Positions 12,401-26,600 of a stretch of DNA of 64,000 bases are shown here, in pieces. This DNA comes from Ylistrum balloti (taxonomy: Eukaryota), in the NCBI RefSeq assembly GCF_031769215.1, contig NW_026782185.1, positions 310,001 through 374,000 of the forward strand, in the 5' to 3' direction. Both the position numbers and the translations under genes were made by a program. The notes below the pieces were generated by a model, which saw only the letters and a list, made by a program, of their open reading frames with translations, made no database searches and was not told where the DNA came from. Every line of letters starts with the position of its first letter. Position 1 is the first letter of the stretch.

Positions 12401-15180
12401 TAGGCAGAAGGTGTACCACAACATTCAATAGATTTCGTAATTTTCATATATCAAATAATTCTTGAACAACGCAAAGTACATGTGTATATAATACGCCATG
12501 AAATTATTCGTATTAATTAAAAGGGGAAATGCAAGTTATGACACCGCCGCGTGGACTAAACGTCCACAAGTAGTGTCTACCAATCTCGAAGATTGTACAA
12601 ATACACACAAGTAAAAACAACTTTTAACATGAATTAAAAATAAGATCTAGTAGAACCACGTAAACTACACCAGCAGTGTCTAACACCTGCACTCTCACAG
12701 ACTGTACAAAACGCACACGGTAAAGACAACTTTTGACATGAATTTAGAGCTAGATATTATAGAGCTAAATAAAACATCAACAACCAATATTTTTTGTTTT
12801 GCCTGTCGTTGACTTCTGGACATAAATCCGTTGCTTATAACGGATCATCAACTTGTAAACAATTATTTGTTCTGATGTCATTTCATTATTAGCTTTTTTG
12901 CGGGAAAAAACGATAAATAAAAATATAGTCAATGTATTGCTTAAATGAGGATATCTGCATTGTCAATAAGATAACAAAAGACATCCGCCATATATATATA
13001 TTTCCATAATAAGAAAAGTTCACAGCAAACTAATGATAGTACTACAACTAACATAGCTAAACAGTATTTTTCTTCAGTCTGGAAGATTTTAATTGTAAAA
13101 CCACCGACTGAAGATAAGACGTGAATTTTAAAATCACCAGAAAATAATGTAACAATGTGCAAATATTGATGTTTTAATTAGTGACACTGTTTAACTATAT
13201 TTTAATTAATTGAATTTTTGCGCTGCGTTCGTTGTACTGTTATGTAATACTGTGTTGCGTGCGGCCACTGTTCCGTCTACCTGTACTGTCCTTGTAAGTG
13301 TTTGATGTCACGTGTCTTACTTTGTGTTGTCCATATATGGGTATTATTCCTAATATAGGTATTACCTCGTTTTGGTCAGTGGTCAGTCCGGTTGTCTTTA
13401 TGTTTGGCGCGGTTTTTTATTAGTCCTTTGTGTGCAGACCTGGAGAGCGGACGTATAGTAGATCTAGACCTGTGTCCGCAAGATTTGAATCTTGGGCCTT
13501 GTAATTGGTTCTTCCGATATTTGGTATGTACGATAAAGTCTCAGTCTAGCTGCTCTCGTAATTGGGTTTTGTAAATTATTGATTCATTTTATAATTGAGG
13601 ATTCAGATGAAGTAAAGTTAATTAATGTGTGAAACGGTGCTTTTCATAAAGTGACGTAATTGTGATCTCATGTACGTATATATGGATTGAAGTTATTTAA
13701 AATAACAGGTGAAATATACCTTTACATGTATTTTACAGATTGATGCAAGATCTACAATTAGTCCACGCGCAGACCTTTTTCTGTCTGGCAAACCCCCGAC
13801 CCATAGTTGGGGTAGGTATTTTAATAGATATTATATGTAGAATACGAGAGTTTGTGTAATTGATAATGTCAGTTATATTATGAGTAATTATGTAATAATG
13901 TAAGTTGTAAGCAGTTTCCTGTAGACCACCATCTACTTATATATACTAATAAGCGCAAAGCTGAGTCCTATTGATATTCCTATTTAGAATAAAGTATTAA
14001 GTGTGAATGTATTAAATATGTATTTACTGGATGTACATCATGTTATGAATGTAGACAACATTTCAATATTTAATTCAATACTGATATTTTCATATATATA
14101 AGGGTATGTCAACATACCGTCTGAAGCATCCCAATCATTGTTCCTAAAGTACGAACGCCTTTTGAACGAAAACGAAGTTGAAGATACTGTAAATTAACAA
14201 ATACACGTAATGAAAAAAAATAAGATAAATAAATAAATGAAAAAATCATGAAACGGTGTCCTAAATACAGTGTGGTCTTCATTGATCGGAAAGTAATAAA
14301 ATAGTGTCCTAAACACAGTGTGGTCTTCATAGATCGGGAAAGTAATAAAATAATGTCCTAAACACAGTGTGGTCTTCATTGATCGGGAAAGTAATGAAAT
14401 AGTATCCTAAACACAGTGTGGTCTTCATAGATCGGGAAAGTATTGAAATAGTGTCCTAAATACAGTGTGGTCTTCATTGATCGGGAAAGTAATGAAATAG
14501 TATCCTAAACACAGTGTGGTCTTCATAGATCGGGAAAGTAATGAAATAATGTCCTAAACACAGTGTGGTCTTCATAGATCGGGAAAGTAATGAAATAGTA
14601 TCCTAAATACAGTGTGGTCTTCATTGATCGGGAAAGTAATAAAATAATGTCCTAAACACAGTGTGGTCTTCATAGATCGGGAAAGTAATGAAATAATGTC
14701 CTAAACACAGTGTGGTCTTCATTGATCAGATTTTAGGTCACATGTGGAATTAAAAGAGAACTTCATTTTATTATTATTTACAAAATTTCTGTTAGAAGGA
14801 AAAATTATCTTCATCTTCATACTTACCTCGTACGTACTGGTGAGCCGTAGAGGATACAGCAGAGGAACTATGGTAATACTTGCTAGCAATACGGATATGA
14901 GATAACCCAGGCCAATATAGGCTCCGCGGATTCCGTAAACGTAGGTATCGGCCGGAGTACCCATGAGTGAAATCGCTGATGCAAAAGTCACAAATAAGGA
15001 CATTGTTACCGGTAAAAGTAAAAGTCGTCTGTTTCCAAGGAAGTAATTTTCCAAAGTCGGTTTCTTGTTTGTTTTATAGCCATAGTAAATACCGATTCCC
15101 AAACAAATACAGAGGAAAATGGCTATAACGATAAAGTCAGCAAAGTGTGGTGTCGGGATAGGGACAAACTCCAACTCCAT
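3422..15180 (-). CDS. Gene A: SLC5A5/6/8/12-clade sodium:solute symporter (SMCT/SMVT/NIS-like), 16 coding exons, 618 aa
   Basis: Exons 5'->3': 15180-14827, 14186-14118, 11768-11717, 10836-10769, 10613-10533, 9868-9795, 9513-9376, 9104-8969, 8516-8428, 6467-6355, 5586-5516, 5005-4919, 4788-4553, 4277-4174, 3830-3727, 3502-3422. All GT-AG, total 1857 nt, no internal stop. Family motifs: [70 protein letters not shown]. Ends ...KSVADL*. The exact vertebrate orthologue cannot be assigned from sequence alone. Confidence 0.93.
6622..8443 (-). repeat. 29-bp minisatellite (~63 copies) filling gene A intron 9; unit = exon 9 3' end + splice donor
   Basis: Plus-strand unit atatcacctgagagagccaccagataaac; gene-sense unit ctggtggctctctcag|gtgatatgtttat. 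The real junction is ttagcggcgctctcag|gtgatatgtttat (donor at 8427). Central copies are homogeneous and terminal copies are diverged. Confidence 0.95.
8761..8865 (-). ncRNA. Tandem 45-nt hammerhead ribozyme units (2.3 copies) in gene A intron 8, sense to the gene; one intact core
   Basis: Minus strand reads CAGCUG UA UGAUG uag CAUCA CUGACGA GUCC uagaa GGAC GAAA CAGCUG UA UGAUG. It has the canonical CUGANGA and GAAA boxes (8800-8794, 8780-8777), stem II GUCC/GGAC, stem I UGAUG/CAUCA, palindromic stem III CAGCUG and a GUA cleavage triplet. The second unit (8806-8850) has a disrupted stem II (GCCA/GGAC). Activity is untested. Confidence 0.8.
10060..10100 (-). mobile_element. Partial relic of the same hammerhead-bearing repeat
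   Basis: agacccgtcagtaatgctaacgacctatattttgacacc resembles gactagtcagtgatgctgagggcctaaagtttgaaaccc (2625-2665). The GAAA half is missing. Confidence 0.4.
10200..10285 (-). mobile_element. tRNA-derived SINE head relic in gene A intron 5
   Basis: Reverse complement reads atagctcagtcggtatagcgttggtc...ggtgttcgac: a good A box and a partial B box, but no closable cloverleaf, so not a tRNA gene. Confidence 0.4.
11785..12030 (+). mobile_element. Penelope-like retroelement reverse-transcriptase relic in gene A intron 2
   Basis: Plus-strand translation gives DKSYVV...[31 protein letters not shown] and [11 protein letters not shown]. These match the PLE RT patterns EFLIDNIFVEFGGRIFQQTIGIPMGTNC and KLYDKRDDFNF (from recall of the family). 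Confidence 0.75.
14256..14727. repeat. 49-bp minisatellite (~9.7 copies) in gene A intron 1
   Basis: Unit tcctaaacacagtgtggtcttcatagatcgggaaagtaatgaaataatg, with a few alternating variants (aaaca/aaata, catag/cattg). Confidence 0.93.
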
Positions 15181-16699
15181 CGTTATTGACTACGTGGCTG
15201 TTTATTCGCACTTTTAGTTATAAATGCTGTTGATCACTTCAGCGGAGCGTAAGATCAACACCCACATATATATGACCTGAATATATTAAGATTTGTTATC
15301 ATGACCGTATAAGTCGAGATGTTGCGATGATTAAGAATATATACATTTCCATATTGTGTTCAGCAGAATTGACTTCGGTCAGGCCAAAAAATTAAAATTC
15401 TGTGTTTCTAGTTTCTCCTTGAAACCATCAGGGTCTAGCTTCTAGATTGTTTTTAAAAACTTGATTGCTTGATTTTTGACACTGGCAAGTTGATTAGGGA
15501 ATAGTTTATACCCATGCGTCAAGTGTGTTTCAGTCTTGTATATGTGTATTATGAGATGTGATTCTGTGGGTGCATCAAATGAAAGGAAAAAAAGTTAGAA
15601 GTATTTGTCAATATCTAAATATCTGCCAAGGAAAAGCAAAGTTATCAAATTCAGAAAAGATGCTAGACTGGCTACCAGTCATTAAGTAGTATTTTTTTCT
15701 ACTGGTTTATCTCCCTTTCCCGTGAAATATTTCCCCTGATTAATGATGAGCGCAGAGATGGTAAGCATATATCATCCTAAGTGTCCACATGGTTGAGGAG
15801 TAGGGAACATGCCAGGAAGGAGTGGGGTCTCTGTGTAACATATATTGGTTTTATTCTAACTGATATAGCTACCATGCAGAAGATGGAATTGTTAAATATT
15901 TCAAGGAAACGGCTTTTGTTTCTAAAAAGGCATGAAGACATCAAGATGAACTATCACGGCCGATATCCAGTATGTATCATTTTCATAGGCAGACACAGGT
16001 GCATCTTGGCCTGACGTTTTACCGAAGTTGCAAGTTTGGATTGATAAGTGTACTGTAGATTTTGGTGAACTATGGGAGTATGCATGTTCGAGTTTTTATT
16101 AGTTCTAAACGAGATAGTTGGGATGTTCCTTTATGTGTTGCCTTTCGTTTAGAAATTCATACTGTTCCGTTATTATCAATATTACAAGGTAAAGGTAGGT
16201 AGCTAACATATAAGTGTAGTAGGGAAACTGGAAACGCAGTTTTGTATTTGGCCTTATCGTGTAGCGCAGTAGTGAAATTCCTGCCTTTCATCCTGTCCAA
16301 TGAGGTGATAATCCTCTTTGACATTTTCCCTTGGATAATTCAGAGCGTTTGACTATGTAACATAGGGAGAAGAGATTCCTGATTTGTTGATTGCACTCCC
16401 TACGCGTGGAGATTGGTGTTTATGAGATAGGTGAGAGGGCCGGAGCATTTGGCCACGAAAGAAGACACTATTATTAAATCAAATACAAAACAATGCGGTA
16501 TTTAGTCTACACTCTATAGACAGACATCATGTACGTAATCTATTTGCAAATGTTAATTTTTTTTCGATATAGTGAGACGGTTCAGAATATTCATATTTTA
16601 AAATAATAAGATATAAAAAAAATTGCGATATCTATTTAATTATATGGCTTATACACTTTCTCGTGTTGATGTAGAATTTTCATCTTTTGATCATTCTCA

Positions 16700-16770
16700 T
16701 AGCTTTCACAATTACGGCCCTTCTCAGGATGTGTCCGAGAAGAACGAAACAGCTGTATAACGCAGTTTAA
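16700..16770 (+). mobile_element. Degenerate hammerhead/terminal-repeat relic (same family)
   Basis: ggccc ttctca ggatgt GTCC gagaa GAAC GAAA CAGCTG TA taacg cagttta aligns to the reverse complement of 2590-2665. The CUGA box is lost. Confidence 0.55.
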
Positions 16771-17628
16771 TTCAGTATGTGGCTCTATTGTCTCTAACCC
16801 TAAATTGTATCAAAGGCGTAATCAAAATCATAGAGATATAATTTTGTTTTAACGTTGTAGAAGGAGCCAGTTCCAATTCGAAATGTATATCATATAATGT
16901 CTATAGGTAGGAGTAAATGGAAATCATCACTACTCACGTGCTATTTTTCTGGTGTAATGAATGATGCGTCAGCGCATTTATTCTTTAAATGTATTTATAG
17001 CGGACCTCCACCAAGGCAAGCTAGTACGAACGTCATAGCTTTGGGTTGGGGACGATTTTGCTTCACCTTGCTTATACAAGATTTGTTGGGTCTATTTATA
17101 TGATAAAATTTTAACAAATAACAAATGTCGTTTACTATAATAAATGGCCATATTAAATCTAGATCTAATTATCTAGTTTTGATTTCTAATGATCTGAAGG
17201 TTTCGCACGGTCAAGATCAGCTTTAATCTAAGTTAAACGTTGTTGAACAAAAAAAAAAAAGACCTACAGCTGACATTACCATATTTCCCGATCGGATCGC
17301 TTTTCATTTTGCACAAACTGGGTGATTACATACGAGAAGTTGAATTTCATGGTATGGTGACCAAAGGATCTGCTTTAAGAAAACGAGTTGATAAAATGAA
17401 ATCAAATTTACGATAGGAGACTTTTATTTAAATATTTTCTCTACCATATGATAAGTATACTCTTTTCATTGAAACACACTGAAGAAAATATAAATATTTC
17501 TTTATGAATAATGCAGATAATATATAGCATTAAATATGAAGCTTCTACCACAGTAACATGTAAATACATAAGCCCATGCCGATTAGCGGATTTAGACATG
17601 CACAATAAACGAGGAATATTGATTCCCA

Positions 17629-20600
17629 TTATTCTGGTTGTGATGGCAAATCAAACGGTGGCGTTCGTGAAACAATAGCTTGTTTTGGTATATGTTGATT
17701 TTGTGATTCCTGAAACAAACAAGGCAAAAGGATATGTCTAAAATGAAATTTGATATTATAGGTTCAAGTGTCTTATTATAGATAACAAAAACTATTGTAG
17801 ACTGAAAGAGGGAAACTGAAGAATATTTAACACAATTAGAGTGGTGAAATTTTCCAACAAAATGGAGAATGCTTGTATTATTTAATTTTTTATAAAATAC
17901 ACGCGTGGAAATTTCGTTTACGTTTTGAATTCTGAACAGTGCAAAATCTAAAAACCTTACAATAAAAATAATCGTCTATACCATCTGACTGTCTCTCACC
18001 TTTTTAGGTAACAAAGTAATTTGGTAAGTTTCTATCATAGTTAATCTGTCAACTTCCAAACCCCAGAATCTCCGACAGCAAGGGAAGATTAAACTGCTGT
18101 CAACAACGTTTCCTCTATCGAAACCTGTGATAAGAAATAATCCTCTTAAAGTGGGCTAGTACATACGACACAAACAAATATTAGGTATAGCATTATGTTG
18201 GAAAATGAACATCAAACCAAATACGACAAATATATCTCTAGTCATTATAGCTATGTTTCTGAACAGTTATTATATTGGAATGAAACAAGAAACGATATTT
18301 GATGACAATAATATTTTCTTAATGTAAAATGTATATTATGTGGACTATGTAGAGATGTATGTAAACACTTAAAGTTTATTTTAAAAAATAATATTTACAA
18401 TTTGAAATGAAATAAATGAATCTTGATGACTAAACATTAGTGCATGAATTTACAATGATAAGAAATATAAATAACCTGTAGCGCAGCTGACCAATACTCC
18501 GATTAAAATTGTCACTACAAAGCCGATGAAACCATACCATAAATAGGATATGTTGTAGATTGAAAATCTGTCGTAGAGGAGAACAGAAATTATGTCACCA
18601 TTGTAGATAAAGCCACCTTTAATCAGTGTATAAGAGCAAATATACTGGAATCTTACGAGGACATGGTAGAATAAGGGGAGATAAGTTATAATCATTAACT
18701 ACCTGCTTGTTTCACCCTCATTCAGCAACTGCTAATATAATTGTAACTTGTCCTTTTATGGGACGATTTTGTAAATAAACTTATACAATAAATTCAAAAC
18801 TTCTCAAAAATCTTTTAAAATACAGACAATGTAGATTTATCTTTTTAGTCGGTTCCTTTGAGGAATCGGTAAAAAACTTGTTTGTCAATTCATTGCATTG
18901 AAGTCATTTTGTTCTTGAATTTTCATCCAAAATGAGAGATTCATATAAACAACAAAATTAACACAGATTATCACTCACCCAGGAGAAAGGCAGTAAAAGA
19001 ATTAACAAAATCCAAAATTGACGTCTTTACAATAGAATAAAACTGAATATCAAGAACAAAGAATAAAAGGATCAACATCACATCAACATACATGGAAGGA
19101 TCTACAAAATCTGATACTACATTGGTGACGTTAAGGTCTGTCATCATGGTTGTGTTGGTGTTGTTCCATATTTGGTAAGACAAGGGGTTAAATGTTGAGG
19201 AATCGTTAGCGAAACATCCGCTGGTTGTAATCGGCTCCAGACGAACTGGAGCACTGCCATATAACTGCGCACCTATAGCTATCCACATGTTTATCACCAA
19301 AGCTGATACACTTCCCACCAAGGCGCCCTGTGTTGAAATATATTTAACCAAATCAGAGTGTCAATAGTTGTTAATCTAAATCCTCAAATGTTCATTCAGG
19401 CTCGAATAAATGATAGGCGATTATTAATTCATATATTCAGCCAATGCATTTACCGATGGATAAATGGCTCTACTCGTGTTCAACCTTTTTTAAATATGTT
19501 AATGGTCTTCATTCAATTTTATAGCATTTATTCTGTGATAAAAATCACACATAATCACCAGCCAGTTTGCGTTGGGAAATAGACCTCCAAGGAAGAACAA
19601 CCCGCCCATTGGTCCACCGCAGGCCCCAAAAATCGCGAGTGTAATCTATAAACAGTAAATGCAATCATGACGAACTGTACCGTAAATTCATCGCTAAATT
19701 ATAAAAACAATATCAAATTAACAAAAACTATATTATCGATTTTTGTTATTAATACTTGTTGGGTTAAGATATTCGGTTGATTTGTATTAAACTTTTATAT
19801 AATGTTCTGCTTGATAAGAGTGGACCAAACTATATACCTAGAGATTAGCTGGTGGTCATTTCTATAACATGCCGCCTTTTTGTAACTAATTAACCTCCTT
19901 ATGAATTGGATGGATACGATTTGACACAGTTGTCCAATTAGGTATGTATATAATGTACATATTTATACATGTATAGCTTAACTGCGAACTGAGAACTGCT
20001 ATGGTAAACTTGTGATAATTAGGACACTAACCTGTGTGATAGGACCTGATACATACTGCAATGTATAGGCAATACCAATTGCGAAGACACCATAAATAAG
20101 AACTGAAAATTATAAATATATATATAAGAATGAATCTGTAATTACTATCACCTACTTAAGATAGGAACACACCATCTCCTAGATGTCGAAAAATAAGATA
20201 TTCATTTAACATCAAAGACACAACAGATTGAACTGAGAGGACACTTGATTTAAGAGAGGATGAGAAATGGACTAATAGATGACAAGCAGACAGCTTTTTT
20301 TATAATAACAACTTATGTTGTGCATTACATTATCATTTTGAAATAACATTTAACTTTGTACCTGTCAATTTAGCTATCTTTGCCAAAGATATTTTTGATG
20401 ATCTAAAGGAGCGTGGCAAGACATCCTCGACTGTATTAGCTGCTAGTGCGTTTAGTCCTGACGATAATGTGCTACAAAGAATTTCTATATCACATTAATA
20501 ACATTTTTCTCTTTATGGCAACACATTTTGAAAATTTACATTATGTATAACCGAAAGCATTAGCGAAAAATACATTATTTTACAACAACGATGATCTTAT

Positions 20601-23600
20601 CACTGCAGTTGAACTGTTTAGTAATGTATTAAAACCGAGAACCTGTTGAATTGAAGCATTCGCATTCGACATATCATGATTTTTTTTCCGGTTGTTATAA
20701 GAAATGAGCAAAATATGATGAATTTCGCTACCGCTATTGATGGAATATTTTCAGAAACTCAATGCTGTTATGACCTCATGAATATTGAATAAATAAAAAT
20801 CAATTCTTAAATAAACTTAATCAAATGTACCAAGGTTTCAATCGACCAGTTTGATATAGGGGTAGCAACAAGAATGGTATGTTAAGACAATCAACTTTCA
20901 CATTACAATTTTCACCTTGACATTGAAAATGTTGAAGGTAATAGGTATATAACTATTGTATTTTTACAACCAACCTCTATTCTTAATGTGTAGTTTTTCG
21001 TTATTGTTATTTTATGAGTTGAAAGACTTATCGTTAATGGTATCAGTGTTACCAAATCAACATATGACACTCGGTGTTTTGACATGATATTCTCTTGTAT
21101 ATAAAAAGTGTGTTTTAATGATACACATAACCTGAAAGAAAACATGTATAGTAAAGGAAAAATGCTAGTTAAGTCTTGTCTCCTAATTCAAAATTCGACG
21201 AAGTACGACGCCTTGTATAACAGTGGATTGATAATTGAGACGTTTCTTACTGACGTTAAAAAGATTAGAAGTATCGAGGAAATGGTCATACCTTAGGGAT
21301 CCACTGAACAGACAGGAGACGTAAACACCTGACATCCCGGGCAGGGTCCGTAAAACATCAAACACGAAATATGGCGTCATCTATACAGACAATAAGAAAT
21401 TATCAATGGAGAAATGAAGCTTATTAACATTTCCTCTACAGCAAAACACAAATGCACTCGTAAGAAACAATGCAAACAATGGAGTGATACAGTTACTGTT
21501 CACGAGTATCTATTGCGATATCATAACAAAAGTGTGGTGTGGCGCTTTCGCCGTGTCTACAGCATTTTAGCATTTGTACTTCTTTTGAAAAACTGCTTTA
21601 CGTTTAGTACCGATGTGTTCCACTAAAAGCGTTGTAAAAAAACTACAAAAGACACACAAGGTTACAGTTTTGGAAGTTAGATATTTACAAATCAAAGTCT
21701 TAAATTCTTTTATTTCTGCTTTGGTTTGCTTTGTCATCCACCAATCATATATAGAAGTGTTGTATTCTTACCTGATTCATAGAAGTCACAAAGCCAGCTT
21801 CAAAAGGACCACAGTTCGACATCCGGTAGTATGTATACATTAACGATCCCATGAACATTAGCACAATGTTATAGATTAGAATTATCGGAAGCATGAGGAA
21901 AAAGGCACTGTAAGAAATAATGCAACAATTTTCTGAATCAATTGAAACACTTATAACCCAAAACTCTAATATATCAATGGAAAGAACAATTAACCAATCA
22001 GAAAGTCTCGTGTATTTGTTTGTTAATTATATAGCAAACATGTGTATATGAACGAAGACTTTAGAAATGAGATTGGCGTTTAGAGAAAAGAAGAGTATTA
22101 AACGGCATGACAAACTTTTAAGCATGATTTTCATTACCTTATTGTTTGAAACGTCCAACATTACCGAGTAAAAAGTTCTGTCTCTATACAATGGACATCT
22201 CTCTAAAAAGGACAGTTTTGACTATTTTGATTTCAGTGATGAACATTCATTTGTCTAAACTAATAAATTTTACTGCGTATTATTTCCTATACATGTGTTT
22301 TCGGCCTTCTCAGACAAGGCGTTAGAGAATAAGTCATATATCTCCTGATTCCTATGTATAGTATGAAATGTAACCATATCAAGTTTATCATGTGATCAAA
22401 TGAAGTGAGTAAAATCTGAAAATTACTTTTGGGCGGCTTTTATTGATCTGAGTGAAGAAATCCTTTGTATGCTTGCTTGACTGCACCAACTCGGAAGCCA
22501 AGTAAATATAAGTCCTATGAGACAACCCCACACTGTATGACGGACGCTGGGGTCGGGGCTTATGCTGTCAAATATAGAAATATCAAAATGTGTTGGCTGC
22601 ACAAAAAATCGAAATCAGCATATAAGGAAATTTATAGTCATATATATAGTATATCAGGCCATGAACGTCGCTCTAGTCAGGCGTATGAATACACATTAGG
22701 TGGCCAATGTGAGACGTTCATCAAAACGTAATCCTGCTAGATATAAATGCATTCGCCTATATATCATTACTACGCAAAATTGTAGAATATGAGACTGTAT
22801 AATACAATTTCCTGTGATCTGGTTGGTGTTGAAATGATTAATTCTTGATGTTTTGTAGGTAACGACCGCCGGGCACTTTCACTTCGGTAGCAATATACAG
22901 TGTACCGAAGTTGTTGGACTCTAGTAAGACTTTCACGGGAAAAAAACCCATTTAAAAAGCTAGCAAATTGTAACAGAACCATATTACTGTCGAGCATGTC
23001 ATTTTGAGACAAAATCATTATTAATGTAATAAAATACTGGAGTGCCGAATTTGTCAACTTCGTCTACTGCAGTAGACGCTATCTGACAGTCAAAATTACA
23101 AATTTAGAATCCGTTACAAACAAAATGTTGTCACTTATTGAGAGGGTTAACTTCCATCTATAATTTCCTTGGTTATTTTAATCCACTAAATCCACTCTAC
23201 GACACGAAAACACGAAAATATTGCCCGAAGAAACAGCAGACACTTCGTTCTGTGAAATCTGACTGAGAGCCGCATCACTTTTAAATGAAATATCAATGCG
23301 AATGAACGAACCCATGAAAGTAATGTATTTACATGGATAGTCTCCTGTTATAATTTTCATTTATAAGACACAATTATTAGGTATAAACACTGAAATCGTT
23401 GTATTTATTTTATGGTAAGGAAGCAGTCACAACAACAAAACTATTTATATAAGATATTACAACCTTATACATGAATAATTGTTATACATCATAGCAAATT
23501 TAACATCCATAGTTTTGTACTGGTTCTCTCTTTTCCTGTATTTCAGCATTCTATTACACGGGTTTTTCATGAAATCATAACTTTCGTAAAACCATTTATA

Positions 23601-26600
23601 ATCCTGTAGAAATAATTTGGTATACTCACTCATTAAACTGAAGGCGGTTACCTCCCTCTAATTGAGTCTTTAGTTCATCTCCGGTGCCGACCAATATTAA
23701 ACCCTGAAGAATGTGAAAGAATTGTGATATACTATCCTTTTAGATGATAGGGTAGTGTGTGATCCCAGTTATACTGAAACACTGACAGCATGGATAAAAC
23801 TACATCACTAATGGAGAAACATTATCATTAAACATTACTACATGACGTTAGACAGTCACATACTAACAGCAAATTTTCCGGATTAAGAATAAAACGGATG
23901 GCGAAAAATGGAGAGGCGTCCCATTACAATTTTTTTTTTCATTATGATTTTACGATAGCCTTATAAATGAGCCAGTTTGTAAATTTTAGATAAAAATAAT
24001 TTCAGGTACCACAAAGGTAAGTTGAGCATTGATTCACTACCAAATCTTTGGCGTCAAGATTACGAATCAAGCAATTTGTAGGAAAATAGATTGGAGAGAC
24101 AAACAGGTATTCGTTGTAAATCACACTCCAACAATGACCATATTGTTAAATTAACCAAACTTACCTTTTGTAAGAGGAAACTAGAGAACAAACCATATCT
24201 AGAAGTTTTCAAACTTTTGTTCTGAAATATCGACAAGAGAGTTACAATTTAGCAGTATATGCCTACCTTGATTATAACAGCCGTGATCCCTGTGAATAAC
24301 ATAAGGAACTGGAAAACATCGGTCCATACCACACTTTTAATACCACCCTGAAAAATAAGGAGGGGGTATACTGATAAGTAGAAATATATTTCAACTATAT
24401 AATAGTTTACTATTACTCATCAACTAAGACTAAAACGTTATTGTTTGATATAAAAAAAAATGTACATAGCAAGATGGCGGATAAAACAGAGTATATAAAT
24501 GGTAACAAAATAGGAAAATAAAGGATACTTAGTATAGTTAATATCTGACATTTTTTTTCATAAAATATAGTTGTGGTAACTCACAACGCACCAAAAGCTT
24601 CGTGTTTACATCGTCCGCGCAAAGTGCGCTCATTGGGCGCACAGCATCCGCACACACGAACAATGAGATTTTAGATGATTCATTTTCGAGACAAACAGAG
24701 ACGTTCATTTCATGTTACATATGCAATATATATATAATGAGTGTCTGTATGCTAATGATGGTCACGTGTAGCACTTTGTAAACGAAAGACATTGAATTTC
24801 GAGTTTATGGAACAATTCAGTCTGTATCTGATAAATCTACACCTGTCTAACAGACACATTAATGGCGTGATTAGGAACTATACTTAGTTGTTAGAAATAA
24901 ATCCTATCCCACACTTATCTATAAATCATTTCTAAATTTACATCAACCACGATAGAATCGTACATCTGTGCTATAGAACCGCACAAAGTACAGACGGATA
25001 TGCGATAGCTTACATGTATTTCGTCAAGGTTTCATGCCGTACCCACATCATGCAACACATTAAGATTATAGTGACAAAACTGACTTACAAAATACAGAAG
25101 ACAATATGAACTCTTTTTAGGATCGGAAAAAGGAGAAGTAAAATAAAAGCATAGCAATGATTTTAATTAATTACATAGCAATATCTTACAATTGATGTGT
25201 AGAATGTTCCTATAGCCCCAATAACAACAACTGACACCCACAGCGGAAACCCTGCCACTAAAAAGGAAAATCATTTGTCAATGTCTTTAAACATGTTTGT
25301 CGTTCAATTTTGAGGAGACGATGCATTTACTTAATAAAGAGACGTAGCATCCAATAACGAGCTACATAATCTTGGTTTAAAGGATCGCAATTATCATTTG
25401 AGAAAATTTGTACGTCAATTATAAACATCAAAATTCATTAGCAATATTTAATTCATAATAAAAGTGATGACATGCCGCGACTGTGAATGAGGGCATAAAA
25501 TATCTTGAGAAATAATGTAACCATTTCGTGGTCAAGCAAACATCACTTTGAATTCAGCATAACAACGAATATGTAGAATAGTGAGTACTGCCTCCAGCAA
25601 TCGTTTACAACAAGCAACATTCGATGTTATCTAGGTAAGTAAACATATCTGCATTTCCACATAATATGACATCATTGGTATAAAAATAAAGGTAAGTGAT
25701 ATCTTGTTTTTGTTGATAGTATTTAAAGTGCATCGCGATGATGTTACCTGTTTGAAGTGCTAGAGCGGGTGCGTATAACGTCACTCCCATATAGGCAATC
25801 TGAAATGTAATTGGTTCAAATATCACATGATTTCATTATATATCTAATCCAAATGAACATATATTGGCCGAATTAACTGAGGACCACGACTCACACATTA
25901 CGATAATCAAAATCATCCACAGTAAAATCGTGAAGCTAATTTGACAGTCATAAAATGGCCATTTCTATGTTTTAGTAATTCAACACATTGCTGATTCACA
26001 AAAGGCTCATTAAAATTATGAACTTTCAAAAATAAACATATAATAGATTTGTTAGTAATTTTGGAAATACAGTCTGATCAATAACATGAAAACAATAACA
26101 AACTGTGAATAAAACGTGTTTTATTTCTTACCGTTTGCAACATCCCAATCAGCGTACCGAGAAGCCTGACTGCTTTAGAGCGGAAACGCAACTGCAAGTA
26201 CTGAATATTTCATAATGATCAAGATCTGGCTTATTATAAAACAGTAACTTTCGAAACATCGGTTGTACATTCGTTAATTTGACCAGTAAACAATGCTGCC
26301 TTGAAGAAATATAATAAAACATCGTTAATGCCATTTTAACAGCAATAATGATATCAGCAGTTACTATTGTCGAAATCTTATCTTCTTATTTACAAGTTGA
26401 TGAAATGAAATATGCATGCATGCTTTGAAATCTACATTTCCTATCATTTCAGGAAATAAGATATCACTTCCTAATATGGTATTTCTAATAATGTATAATC
26501 AGCGACGACATATCATTAGAGTTTGCATCACCAAACAGAAACTGTCCTTTACACTAACTTCATATGTGATTAATGTTGTACAGCGCGTTTTGTGAACCGA

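Noticed and set aside
13835-14040. Possible solo LTR (TG...CA, TATA-like, AATAAA) in gene A intron 2
   Set aside because: No target-site duplication, PBS/PPT or second copy found; such motifs are common in AT-rich DNA.
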